Translations under genes and position numbers: made by a program
Shown here: positions 1-9,355 of the stretch, piece after piece
Numbering within the stretch: position 1 is the stretch's first letter
How the letters are laid out: each line of letters starts with the position of its first letter
Origin: Rhodobacterales bacterium
GTDB lineage: Bacteria > Pseudomonadota > Alphaproteobacteria > Rhodobacterales > Rhodobacteraceae
Direction of reading: 5' to 3'
Length of the DNA stretch: 64,000 bases
Assembly: GCA_048007995.1 (NCBI GenBank)
Contig: CP180347.1
Coordinates: 289,014-353,013 of the forward strand
The notes under the pieces: generated by a model
Told to the model about the DNA's origin: nothing
The model's input: only the letters and a program-made list of their open reading frames with translations
Database searches by the model: none

Positions 1-1
1 C

Positions 2-193
2 ATGTACGGAACCTGGTATGAAAGCGAAGGCGATATCTGCTTTATCTACGACGACGATCCCGCGCCCAAATGCTGGGCGACCTATCTGCAAGAGGGCGCG
101 ATGTGGGCCACATTTATCAATGTCCCCGATGGCACCGTGATCTATGAAACCGATGCCGACGAACCGCTGATCTGCAACAATCTATCGTCGTGA
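2..193 (+). CDS. 3' end of a hypothetical protein (probably starts before the window)
   Basis: Open frame from the window edge with coding-like composition (GTWYESEGDICFIYDDDPAPKCW); stop overlaps the xseA stop convergently by 12 bp. Confidence 0.6.
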   Translation: MYGTWYESEGDICFIYDDDPAPKCWATYLQEGAMWATFINVPDGTVIYETDADEPLICNNLSS

Positions 194-1681
194 TCCCACC
201 GCGATCCGACCATCGGCGAACTGGATTTCCAGATGATCCGCGTTGGCCGCAGCCACCGTATCGGTGACCAGCACATCGCCCGCACGCACCACCGCATAGC
301 CGCGTTCGAGCGTTTCCATATAGCCCAGGGTTTCACGCAGCCGGTCCAGCGCGGCCAGCCTTGCTGTCCGTTCCGCCTGTTGGCGCGTCGCGCGGTCTGA
401 CAGGCGCGCAAGCACGCTGCCCAACCGTTCGGCCTGCCGGTCCAGCCGTGTCCGCAAAAGATCGGGACGCAATCCGCGCCCTGCCCGGTCCAGCGTCAGC
501 GCTGCATCACGACTGCGGCGTTGCAAGGCGGGGGCGAGCCGGTCCGACAGCGCCGCCAGCCGCCTGCGATCCTCGGCCAGTCGGCGTTGCAAGATCGCGG
601 GGCGCAGCGCCGCATCGCTCAGTTGCAGCCGCTTTTGCGCCGCCGCCTGCCGCAGGGCTGCCGGCAGCCGGTCGGCCAGGTAATCCAGCCGCTGGCGTGG
701 CCCATCGGCCAGCGTGTCCACCCGCGGCAAGGCGCGCGCCAGATCGCGCAATCGCTGGCGGCGGGTCTGCACGCCGTTGGACAGCGCGCGCACCAGCCGC
801 GCGCCTTGCTGGTCCACAAAGGCCAAAAGCTCGATCCGCACCGGCACGGCCAGTTCCGCCGCCGCCGTCGGCGTGGGCGCGCGTATATCGGCAGCAAAAT
901 CGATCAGCGTGGTGTCGGTTTCATGGCCCACGGCGGAAATCAGCGGAATGTCGGATGCGGCGGCCGCCCGCACGACGATTTCCTCGTTGAACCCCCAAAG
1001 ATCCTCCAGCGATCCGCCGCCGCGCGCCACGATAATCAGATCGGGGCGCGGCAAGGCGCCGCCCGGCGTCAGGCGGTTGAACCCGTCGATGGCCGCGGCG
1101 ACTTCGGCTGCGCATTTCTGCCCCTGCACGGCGACCGGCCAGACCAGCACCTTGCGCGGGAAACGGTCGCGCAGACGGTGCAGGATGTCGCGGATCACGG
1201 CCCCCGATGGCGATGTGACGACGCCGATGATCTCGGGCAGATAGGGCAGCGGTTTCTTGCGCGCCGCATCAAACAACCCTTCGCCCGCCAGCATCACGCG
1301 GCGTTTTTCCAGCATCGCCATCAAGGCACCGGCACCGGCGGGCTGGATGTCTTCGATGATCATCTGGTATTTCGACTGGCCCGGAAAAGTGGTCAGCTTG
1401 CCGGTGGCGATGACCTCCATCCCCTCCTCTGGCCGGTGGGTCAGGGCCGTGGCGCGGCCTTTCCAGATGATGCCCGACAGCACCGACCGGTCGTCTTTCA
1501 GATCCAGATAGATATGCCCCGAGGACGGGCGCGAGATGCGCCCCAATTCGCCGCGCACGCGAATATGGGCAAAGCCGCCTTCGATGGTCTTTTTGACCGC
1601 GCCCGAAATCTCGGACACAGAAAATTCGGGCGTGTTATCGGCGCTTTTGTCGGTGGGGTCGTCTTCGAACAAATCCATCAT
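182..1681 (-). CDS. xseA: Exodeoxyribonuclease VII large subunit
   Basis: SVSEISG, VRGELG, SGHIYLDLKD and ARGGGSLEDLWGFNEE..SAVGHETD motifs; start trimmed to MMDLF at 1681. Confidence 0.96.
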   Translation of the reverse strand: MMDLFEDDPTDKSADNTPEFSVSEISGAVKKTIEGGFAHIRVRGELGRISRPSSGHIYLDLKDDRSVLSGIIWKGRATALTHRPEEGMEVIATGKLTTFPGQSKYQMIIEDIQPAGAGALMAMLEKRRVMLAGEGLFDAARKKPLPYLPEIIGVVTSPSGAVIRDILHRLRDRFPRKVLVWPVAVQGQKCAAEVAAAIDGFNRLTPGGALPRPDLIIVARGGGSLEDLWGFNEEIVVRAAAASDIPLISAVGHETDTTLIDFAADIRAPTPTAAAELAVPVRIELLAFVDQQGARLVRALSNGVQTRRQRLRDLARALPRVDTLADGPRQRLDYLADRLPAALRQAAAQKRLQLSDAALRPAILQRRLAEDRRRLAALSDRLAPALQRRSRDAALTLDRAGRGLRPDLLRTRLDRQAERLGSVLARLSDRATRQQAERTARLAALDRLRETLGYMETLERGYAVVRAGDVLVTDTVAAANADHLEIQFADGRIAVGSRR

Positions 1682-1807
1682 CGGGGTGATCCTGTGCGCT
1701 TTGGGTCGCACCCTAAAGTGGTACCAGCCAAAGGCCAAGCCCGGCCTTGTGATCTGCCCCGTCCCTGACTAAGACCGCCCCAAGTTTTCAAAGGCGGAGA
1801 GACGGCC

Positions 1808-3070
1808 ATGAACATCCTTATTCTGGGCAGCGGCGGGCGCGAACATAGTCTGGCTTGGGCGATCAAGCAGAACCCCAAATGCGACCGGCTGATCGTAGCT
1901 CCGGGCAATGCAGGGATTGCGCAGATCGCGGATTGTGCCGACCTCAATATCCTTGATGGTGATGCCGTCGCCAATTTCGTCGAAGAAAACACCATTGATT
2001 TCGTCATCATCGGCCCCGAAGGCCCGCTGGCTGCCGGTGTCGCAGACCGGCTGCGCCGCACCGGCACGCTGGTCTTTGGCCCGTCGCAGGCCGCAGCCCA
2101 GCTGGAGGCATCGAAATCTTTTACCAAGGCAATCTGCGATGCGGCAGGCGCGCCCACTGCCGGTTATGCCCGTTTCACCGAAGCGGCCCCCGCGCGCGCC
2201 TATGTGCAGGCGCAAGGCGCGCCCATCGTGATCAAGGCTGACGGTCTGGCCGCTGGCAAGGGTGTCACTGTCGCCATGACTTTGGACGAGGCACTGGCGG
2301 CCCTTGATCATATGTTCGACGGCAGTTTCGGCCCTGCGGGCACCGCCGTCGTGATCGAGGAATTCATGGAAGGCGAAGAGGCATCGTTCTTTGTGCTTTG
2401 CGACGGCAAAACCATCCTGCCCGTGGGCACCGCGCAGGACCACAAACGCGCCTTTGACGGCGACCAAGGGCCAAACACGGGCGGCATGGGTGCCTATTCG
2501 CCCGCGCCCGTGATGACCGATGAGGTCACGCAAAAGGCGCTGCGCGAGATCATCCAGCCAACAATGGATGAAATGGCGCGCCGCGGCACACCGTTTCAAG
2601 GCGTGCTGTTCTGCGGGCTGATGATCCAGAACGGCCAGCCACGGCTGGTGGAATATAACGTGCGCTTCGGCGACCCCGAATGTCAGGTGCTGATGATGCG
2701 CCTTGGCGGTCAGGTGCTGGACCTGCTGCAAGCCTGCGCCGAGCAGCGCCTGCACGAAATATCCGTGAACTGGGCCGATGACCATGCGCTGACCATCGTG
2801 ATGGCGGCCAACGGCTATCCGGGTGATTACGCCAAGGGCAGCGTGATCGGCGGGCTGGACAGCCAGCCTGCGGATAGTTTCCACATGGTATTCCACGCAG
2901 GGACAAAACGGGTCGAGGGCCAGTATCAGGCACATGGCGGGCGGGTGCTGAACATCACCGCCCGCGGTGCATCACTGGCCGAGGCGCATGAACAGGCCTA
3001 TGCGATGGCGCACGGCGTGGACTGGCCCGGCGGGTTTTACCGGTCCGACATCGGCTGGCGGGCGTTGTGA
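1808..3070 (+). CDS. purD: Phosphoribosylamine--glycine ligase
   Basis: MNILILGSGGREH, APGNAG, KADGLAAGKGV, QDHKR, GPNTGGMGAYSP, RFGDPE motifs. Confidence 0.98.
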   Translation: MNILILGSGGREHSLAWAIKQNPKCDRLIVAPGNAGIAQIADCADLNILDGDAVANFVEENTIDFVIIGPEGPLAAGVADRLRRTGTLVFGPSQAAAQLEASKSFTKAICDAAGAPTAGYARFTEAAPARAYVQAQGAPIVIKADGLAAGKGVTVAMTLDEALAALDHMFDGSFGPAGTAVVIEEFMEGEEASFFVLCDGKTILPVGTAQDHKRAFDGDQGPNTGGMGAYSPAPVMTDEVTQKALREIIQPTMDEMARRGTPFQGVLFCGLMIQNGQPRLVEYNVRFGDPECQVLMMRLGGQVLDLLQACAEQRLHEISVNWADDHALTIVMAANGYPGDYAKGSVIGGLDSQPADSFHMVFHAGTKRVEGQYQAHGGRVLNITARGASLAEAHEQAYAMAHGVDWPGGFYRSDIGWRAL

Positions 3071-3075
3071 AACGC

Positions 3076-3105
3076 AAAAAGCCGCGCTGGTTGGCGCGGC
3101 TTTTT
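3076..3105. terminator. Bidirectional intrinsic terminator between convergent purD and carD
   Basis: Perfect inverted repeat AAAAAGCCGCGC-N6-GCGCGGCTTTTT, giving a T-run on both strands. Confidence 0.9.
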
Positions 3106-3122
3106 CATTATTTCGCAGACGA

Positions 3123-3629
3123 TCAGGCTGCGCGGCCGACCAGAACAGACCCGATCTGCGCGGCTGCCGCATTCTCGTCATCGCCTGCCACGGCGGCGAA
3201 TTCGCGGGTCAGGCGTTCAAGCGCGGCCTCGTAAAGCTGACGCTCGGAATAGCTTTGCTCGCGCTGGTCGTCCTGACGATGCAGGTCGCGCACGACTTCG
3301 GCTATGGCGATCAGGTCGCCTGAATTGATCTTTTGCTCGTATTCCTGCGCACGGCGGGACCACATGGCCTTTTTGACCTTGGCCTTGCCGCGCAGGGTTT
3401 TCAGCGCATGGTTGACCACGTCAGGCGTCGCCAACGCGCGCATACCCACATCGGTTGCCTTATGCGTCGGCACGCGCAGGGTCATCTTGTCCTTTTCAAA
3501 GGCGATCACGAACATTTCGAGCTCAAAGCCCGCAACTTCCTGCGTTTCAACAGAAACGATCTTGCCCACGCCATGCGCCGGATAGACGACAAACTGGTCG
3601 GGGCTGAATTCGCTTTTCTTCTTGGTCAT
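3123..3629 (-). CDS. carD: CarD family RNA polymerase-binding regulator
   Basis: VVYPAHGVG, KAMWSRRAQEYEQKINSGD, QSYSERQLYE motifs; RBS AAAGGA before ATG 3629. Confidence 0.95.
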   Translation of the reverse strand: MTKKKSEFSPDQFVVYPAHGVGKIVSVETQEVAGFELEMFVIAFEKDKMTLRVPTHKATDVGMRALATPDVVNHALKTLRGKAKVKKAMWSRRAQEYEQKINSGDLIAIAEVVRDLHRQDDQREQSYSERQLYEAALERLTREFAAVAGDDENAAAAQIGSVLVGRAA

Positions 3630-3743
3630 GATTGTCCTTTCATGGCAATCCGGCAGGCCAGGCGACAAAAAACCGTCGGCAACAAGCGTCACCGGCGGGT
3701 TCAGACGTATGGGCGGGATCACATCATTCGCGTCATTGCGGGA

Positions 3744-3772
3744 ATCATACCACAAAAACGCACCCTTCGGAA
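3744..3772 (-). promoter_or_regulatory. Putative sigma70 promoter of carD (extended -10)
   Basis: Minus strand TTCCGA-N17-TATGAT with TGn extension preceded by T5; a GANTC site (3742-3746) overlaps the -10. Confidence 0.6.
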
Positions 3773-3819
3773 GCGTCCGCGCGCATGATGCCAAACGCAT
3801 TTGAAATCAGGCGTTTGCC

Positions 3820-4155
3820 TTAGCCGCCTTCGCCGGGAGCTTCGGAAAACAGGTCCAGCTTGCCGGGCTTGCCATCCATCTCTTCGGCGCTGGGCAGCGG
3901 GTCTTTCTTGGTGATGATGACCGGCCACATTTCCGAATATTTGCGGTTGAACTCGACCCATTTTTCCATGTCGGGTTCGGTGTCGGGGCGGATCGCGTCG
4001 GCCGGGCATTCGGGTTCGCAGACGCCGCAGTCGATACATTCATCGGGGTGGATCACCAGCATGTTCTCGCCCTCGTAGAAACAATCTACCGGACATACCT
4101 CGACACAGTCGGTGTATTTGCAGGCGATACAATTGTCATTGACGATATAGGTCAT
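3820..4155 (-). CDS. fdxA: 7Fe ferredoxin (FdxA type)
   Basis: [29 protein letters not shown] and [12 protein letters not shown] cluster-binding motifs. Confidence 0.96.
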   Translation of the reverse strand: MTYIVNDNCIACKYTDCVEVCPVDCFYEGENMLVIHPDECIDCGVCEPECPADAIRPDTEPDMEKWVEFNRKYSEMWPVIITKKDPLPSAEEMDGKPGKLDLFSEAPGEGG

Positions 4156-4202
4156 GGGGTCATCCGTAATTCTTTGCCGGTTTGCTAAATCGGATCGCGC
4201 GG

Positions 4203-4592
4203 TCATTCAAGCGTGAAAGGGTCATCCATCCCGCGCTGCGTCATCATATCCCGCCGGTCCTTTTTGGTGGGGCGTCCCTTGCGGTCGCTGCCGGGGGTCT
4301 GGGGTACAGACACCGTCACCGGTGTCAGGTCTTCGTAAAGCGCCTGTGCCTCGGGCGCGGGGCCACGCCGTGTTCCGCAATCAAGGATGCGGATCACCCG
4401 CGCGACATCGGCCTGCACAAAGGTCAGCACATCGCCCGGCCCCACGGCGCGGGCAGGTTTGCTGACCGGATTGCCACCCACCCGCACTTTGCCCCCTGTC
4501 ACCACACCCGAGGCAATGCTGCGCGATTTGAAAAACCGCGCATGCCAGAGCCATTTGTCCAGCCGGATCGTGGGCCGCGGCGCTTCGGTCAA
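4203..4592 (-). CDS. hslR: S4-domain RNA-binding protein (Hsp15-like)
   Basis: [16 protein letters not shown] and GRPTKKDRR; TTG start overlaps the helicase stop. Confidence 0.85.
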   Translation of the reverse strand: MTEAPRPTIRLDKWLWHARFFKSRSIASGVVTGGKVRVGGNPVSKPARAVGPGDVLTFVQADVARVIRILDCGTRRGPAPEAQALYEDLTPVTVSVPQTPGSDRKGRPTKKDRRDMMTQRGMDDPFTLE

Positions 4593-7351
4593 GCCTTTTT
4601 GAACCCCGCCAAGGCCGCCGCAAACGGATTATCGGGATCAATCGGTTTTTCATAGCGCGGCTTAGCCTGATAGCTGTCAGGCTTGGTCGCCTGTGCTGCC
4701 GGTTTGCCTTTGGGCTTGCCCTTGGGTTTTGGATTGCCGCGCGGGCGGTCACCACCCGTAGGGCGTGCCGGGCGCACAGCCCGTCCGCCCCATGTGAAGG
4801 TATAGAACACCTCCATCTCGGGTGCATCGGGGGTTTCGACGGATGCATCGGCCAGCGTTCCCTGCGGCGTGGCGTCAGGCACATCGGCCGTTGGCATTGC
4901 TGCATTGTCGGCGTGATCCGGCGTGTCGGCAGGTTTCACGACAGAAGGATCGCCCGCCACATCGGCGCGCGCTGGCTTGACCTTGGCCCGTTCGGCCTTT
5001 TCGGCCTTATAGCCCAATCCGGCCATCAGATCGGCGAATTGATCCAGCGTCATGCCGGTGATCGACAGCATGTCGGGGTTCGCCTCGAACCCAGCCCGGC
5101 TGTCCTTGTCGCGCAGCATATCGGCCAGCCGTTCCAGCATGTCGATCCGGATCGCGCGGTCGCCAGCGGCGCGGTAACCGGCCATCGCGTAATAGCCCGG
5201 CACGGCATCCTTTGCGGCTGGCACCGTGACCAGACCGGGAGGCGGGCTTTGCGGGAATTCCTGCAGATCGCGGGCCAGCGACCACAGCACAAGGCGCAGG
5301 CGGGTCGGCGCGGGTTTCAGCAGCAGCGGCTGGAAAATCGTGAACTGGCCAAAGCGCACCCCATGTTTGCGCAACGCAGACCGCGCGTCCTGTTCCAGCG
5401 CCTTGACCTCGTCCGCGATATCGCCACGCGGGATGATGCCAAAATGTTCGGCCATGCGGTAGGCGAACCCCTTCGCGGCCCCTGTTAGGGTCTCGTCATT
5501 TTTCAGCGCCAGCAGCGGTTCGAACCCTGCCGCGATCTTGCGGTCGATGAAATGCTGCAACCGGCGCTGGACCTTGGCCGTCACATCGGGGCCTGCCTCG
5601 TCATCGACGAAAACAGCCACACCGGGTTTCAGCGGGTCGGACCCTGCCACCAGCTTGCCCACGGCCTGATCGCCCCACATGAGGCCACCCTGTTCGGTGA
5701 AATCAATCTCGGTATCGGGCGCGTTATAGAACCGATCCGCGCGCAGATGCAGATGCGGCGCAATCGCCTGCTGGGACGCCTGCCGCAAGGTTTTCGCCTC
5801 GTCGGGGCTTCCTGCTTTGTCCATGCGGAAACGGAACCCTTCCAGACGACCGACAAATTCGCCCTCGACGGTCACTTCGCCTTTTTCATTCACCTCGGCC
5901 AACAGGCTCTCCTTTTGTTTGAGCCGGCGAAGCAGGATGCTGGTCCGCCGGTCCACAAATCTTTGCGTCAATGCGCCATGCAGCGCATCCGATAACCGGT
6001 CTTCTACAGCGCGGGTTTCATCGCGCCAATGAGAATCGTCAACAAGCCAACCTTTGCGTTGGGCCACATAGGTCCAAGTACGGATATAGGCCAGCCGTTT
6101 GGACAAAGTATCAATGTCTCCGTCGGTGCGGTCAATCCGGCGGACCTGCAAAGCAAACCAATTGGCTGACACATGCCCAAGCTGGTGCAGATCGTTGTAA
6201 ATCTGCGTCAGCAATCCGGCATGTTCGCCCGCCGAAATACCCCGGAAATCGGGGATGCGACAGACATCCCACAGCAGTTTCACCGATGGCCCGTCGGTGG
6301 CACGCGCGGCGACCTCTGCATCCTGTGCCAAGGTTTTCAGCGCGGCCAGATCATCGCTTTCGCGCACGCGGGTCAGCCATGGATCGTCAGTGCGGTCCTC
6401 AAGGGATCCAATCAACCGCTTGACCGATCCGAACTGCAACCGGCTGTTGCGCCATTGCAATTTGGCGACAGGGCGGAACTGGTGGTTGCAGATCGCCTCG
6501 GCCACGGCGTCGTCCAGCGGCGGGGCTTCGCCTGTCACGCCGAACGTGCCGTTCTCGATATGACGCCCCGCGCGGCCCGCGATCTGCGCCAGCTCCTGCG
6601 GTTCCAGATGGCGCATCCGGCGGCCATCATATTTGGTCAGCGATGAAAACGCGACATGGCTGATATCAAGGTTCAGCCCCATCCCGATGGCATCGGTGGC
6701 CACCAGAAAATCGACATCGCCGTTCTGGTACATCTCGACCTGCGCATTGCGGGTGCGGGGCGACAGCGCGCCCATAACGACAGCGGCGCCCCCCTTGGTG
6801 CGGCGCAACAATTCGGCGATGGCATAGACGTTATCGACCGAAAAGCCCACGATGGCGGACCTTGCGGGCATCCGGCTGATCTTTTTCGATCCCGTATAGG
6901 TCAGTTCCGACATGCGGTCGCGGACCATGAACTGCGCACCCGGCACAAGCGCCGCAATCGCGCCGCGCATGGTTTCGGCCCCCAGAAACAGGGTCTCATG
7001 CAAGCCGCGCGCATGCAGCAGCCTGTCGGTGAAGATATGGCCGCGTTCGGGATCGGCACAAAGCTGGATTTCATCGACAGCCAGAAAATCACAGCCCATG
7101 CCATCGGGCATCGCCTCGACCGTGCAAACCCAAAAGGCGGCGCGCGGCGGCACGATCCGTTCCTCGCCAGTGACCAATGCCACGACCCCCGGCCCCTTGA
7201 TCGCGACGATGCGGTCATAAACCTCGCGCGCGAGCAGACGCAGCGGCAGGCCGATCACGCCAGTGCGATACGACAGCATCCGCTGGATCGCGTAATGGGT
7301 CTTGCCAGTATTGGTCGGCCCAAGAACGGCCGTGATCCGGGAACCTTGCAT
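4589..7351 (-). CDS. Suv3/MgpS-like SF2 helicase
   Basis: Walker A LGPTNTGKT, PLRLLAREVY, DEIQ, VATDAIGMGLN, QIAGRAGR; long C-terminal extension. Confidence 0.9.
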   Translation of the reverse strand: MQGSRITAVLGPTNTGKTHYAIQRMLSYRTGVIGLPLRLLAREVYDRIVAIKGPGVVALVTGEERIVPPRAAFWVCTVEAMPDGMGCDFLAVDEIQLCADPERGHIFTDRLLHARGLHETLFLGAETMRGAIAALVPGAQFMVRDRMSELTYTGSKKISRMPARSAIVGFSVDNVYAIAELLRRTKGGAAVVMGALSPRTRNAQVEMYQNGDVDFLVATDAIGMGLNLDISHVAFSSLTKYDGRRMRHLEPQELAQIAGRAGRHIENGTFGVTGEAPPLDDAVAEAICNHQFRPVAKLQWRNSRLQFGSVKRLIGSLEDRTDDPWLTRVRESDDLAALKTLAQDAEVAARATDGPSVKLLWDVCRIPDFRGISAGEHAGLLTQIYNDLHQLGHVSANWFALQVRRIDRTDGDIDTLSKRLAYIRTWTYVAQRKGWLVDDSHWRDETRAVEDRLSDALHGALTQRFVDRRTSILLRRLKQKESLLAEVNEKGEVTVEGEFVGRLEGFRFRMDKAGSPDEAKTLRQASQQAIAPHLHLRADRFYNAPDTEIDFTEQGGLMWGDQAVGKLVAGSDPLKPGVAVFVDDEAGPDVTAKVQRRLQHFIDRKIAAGFEPLLALKNDETLTGAAKGFAYRMAEHFGIIPRGDIADEVKALEQDARSALRKHGVRFGQFTIFQPLLLKPAPTRLRLVLWSLARDLQEFPQSPPPGLVTVPAAKDAVPGYYAMAGYRAAGDRAIRIDMLERLADMLRDKDSRAGFEANPDMLSITGMTLDQFADLMAGLGYKAEKAERAKVKPARADVAGDPSVVKPADTPDHADNAAMPTADVPDATPQGTLADASVETPDAPEMEVFYTFTWGGRAVRPARPTGGDRPRGNPKPKGKPKGKPAAQATKPDSYQAKPRYEKPIDPDNPFAAALAGFKKA

Positions 7352-7376
7352 TTTCGTCCCCGTCAGGGCCGGCCGG

Positions 7377-7937
7377 TCAGATCGCCTGGCCGTCCAGCTG
7401 TTGGTGCAAACGCGTGCGGTCTTCGCGGGCCTGCAGTGAATATGGCACGATCTGAAGGATCATGTCGTAAAGTTCAAGTGCCGCTTCGGGGCGGCCGGTT
7501 TCTTCCATCATCACCGCCAGCCCGCGCATCGCCTCGAAATGGCGCGGATTGCGGGTCAGCACCTCTTCAAGGTCGGCCATGGCGGGGCCGATTTCATCAA
7601 GCAGATAAAATGACGTGGCGCGCAGGAAATAGCCTTCGGCGAATTCGGGGGCATGATCGACCAGCGCCGAAAAATGATCAAGCGCGATATCGGGTTCGCC
7701 ATCATCCAGCGCATCCTGTCCGCGCCGCAAAAGCAGATCGATAGAGGCCGACCCGCTCTTGCCCCATTCCGCGATGATCTGCTGTTCGATCCTAAATGAC
7801 CCGTCTTCATCACTCTGTGACAATTCCGCGAAAAGCTGGTCCAGCCTTTCGGTTTGTGCGACCACAGGCAGCGAAACGCCAAAGGCCAGCACAACTGCCG
7901 CAACGATACATTTGAAGCCAAGACGATCTGCCATCAT
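7377..7937 (-). CDS. Secreted tetratricopeptide-repeat protein
   Basis: Signal-peptide-like N-terminus, then TPR-type helices (DHAPEFAEGYFLRA, NPRHFEAMRGLA). Confidence 0.8.
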   Translation of the reverse strand: MMADRLGFKCIVAAVVLAFGVSLPVVAQTERLDQLFAELSQSDEDGSFRIEQQIIAEWGKSGSASIDLLLRRGQDALDDGEPDIALDHFSALVDHAPEFAEGYFLRATSFYLLDEIGPAMADLEEVLTRNPRHFEAMRGLAVMMEETGRPEAALELYDMILQIVPYSLQAREDRTRLHQQLDGQAI

Positions 7938-8012
7938 ACACAGCAATGTAGCGCATCACGCGGCGGACGCCAGAGCCATGCCACCGCAATTCATCACGAA
8001 AGGATCAAAATC

Positions 8013-8303
8013 ATGAGCGATGTCATCAACGAAGCCGTCACCCAGCTGAACGCCAAGATGGGCGGGAATGGGTTCGACGGGACCGCCAAATTCGTCATCG
8101 AAGACGAAGGCGCGATCATCATCGACCAGACCGGCGCACGCGCCGCCGATGACGACGCCGATGTCACGCTGACCGCCAGTGCGGATGTGTTCAAGGCGAT
8201 CCTTGACAATGAATTGAACCCGACAACAGCCTTCATGACCGGCAAGCTCAGCGTGGACGGCGATATGGGCATGGCGATGAAACTGACCAGCGTGCTTGGC
8301 TGA
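8013..8303 (+). CDS. SCP2 sterol-binding domain protein
   Basis: LNPTTAFMTGKLSVDGDMGMAMKL signature; RBS AAAGGA. Confidence 0.9.
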   Translation: MSDVINEAVTQLNAKMGGNGFDGTAKFVIEDEGAIIIDQTGARAADDDADVTLTASADVFKAILDNELNPTTAFMTGKLSVDGDMGMAMKLTSVLG

Positions 8304-9241
8304 TGGCACCCGCGGCCCCGTTTTTCGATGATGTCGCAAACGGCCCGGCGGGCGGGGCCGCACATTGGCTGACCACCCCCGACAATAGGCGCATCCGCGC
8401 CGGTCACTGGCCGGGGGACGGTGCCAAAGGCACCGTGCTGATCTTTCCCGGCCGCACCGAATATATCGAAAAATACGGGATCACGGCACAGGCGCTGACA
8501 ACGGCAGGCTATAGCGTGCTGGCGGTGGACTGGCGCGGCCAGGGGCTGGCGGACCGGCTGATCAGCGATGCGAACCTCGGCCATATCGGCGATTTCGCGG
8601 ATTATCAGCACGATGTGGCGGCTTTGCTGGACCATGCCATGGCGCTGGGCCTGCCGCGTCCGTTCTTTCTGATCGCCCATTCCATGGGGGGCTGCATCGG
8701 CCTGCGGTCGCTGATGAACGGCCTTGATGTCAAGGCTGTGATGTTTTCCGCGCCCATGTGGGGCATCCAGATGCCCCCTGCCACACGCGCCTTTGCCTGG
8801 AGCCTGACAACGCTCAGCCTGTCATTCAAATTTGACGAAAAACTGGTCCCGGGCCAATCCGCCACCAGCTATCCTTTGATCCAGCCCTTCGCAGGCAATA
8901 TGCTGACCGATGATCCCGAAATCTACGCCGCCCTGCGCGGCCAGATCGCGGCGCATCCCGCCCTCGGCCTCGGCGGGCCGACCCTGCGCTGGCTGAACAG
9001 ATCGCTGCATGAAATGCGTGATCTTGCCCGCCTGCCCGCCCCCGCAATCCCCTGCATCACCTTTCTGGGCAGCAGGGAATCCATCGTGGACCCTGCGGCG
9101 ATCCGCGCCCGCATGGCGCGCTGGCCGGGCGGCGTGCTGCATGAAATCAAAGGCGGCCTGCACGAAATGCTGATGGACAAACCCGAAATGCGCGACAGCG
9201 TCACCGCCAAAACCATCGCCCATTTCGACGCGCACCGCTGA
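8303..9241 (+). CDS. Alpha/beta hydrolase (lysophospholipase PldB-like)
   Basis: FPGRTEYIEKY, DWRGQGLADR, nucleophile elbow AHSMGG, HEMLM; TGATG coupling to the SCP2 gene. Confidence 0.88.
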   Translation: MAPAAPFFDDVANGPAGGAAHWLTTPDNRRIRAGHWPGDGAKGTVLIFPGRTEYIEKYGITAQALTTAGYSVLAVDWRGQGLADRLISDANLGHIGDFADYQHDVAALLDHAMALGLPRPFFLIAHSMGGCIGLRSLMNGLDVKAVMFSAPMWGIQMPPATRAFAWSLTTLSLSFKFDEKLVPGQSATSYPLIQPFAGNMLTDDPEIYAALRGQIAAHPALGLGGPTLRWLNRSLHEMRDLARLPAPAIPCITFLGSRESIVDPAAIRARMARWPGGVLHEIKGGLHEMLMDKPEMRDSVTAKTIAHFDAHR

Positions 9242-9256
9242 CGGCACAATCCCCAT

Positions 9257-9289
9257 CTTCTTATTTCCCACAATACTCCCGCCGGAGGC
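9257..9289 (+). repeat. Dispersed intergenic repeat, copy A
   Basis: CTTCTTATTTCCCACAATACTCCCGCCGGAGGC, 15 bp after the hydrolase stop. Confidence 0.85.
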
Positions 9290-9321
9290 TCAGGTCCCAC
9301 CACCGCCACGCAGGCCCGCCA

Positions 9322-9348
9322 TTGGCAGACCGGTCACAAACCCTATCT
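9322..9348 (+). promoter_or_regulatory. Putative sigma32-family promoter; probable leaderless mRNA
   Basis: TTG-N18-CTATCT ending 7 nt before ATG 9356; no Shine-Dalgarno visible. Confidence 0.4.
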
Positions 9349-9355
9349 ATGCACC

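Noticed and set aside
4681-4990. Low-complexity Pro/Ala/Lys-rich tail of the helicase as an inserted element
   Set aside because: In frame with no inverted or direct repeats at its ends; looks like a disordered linker.
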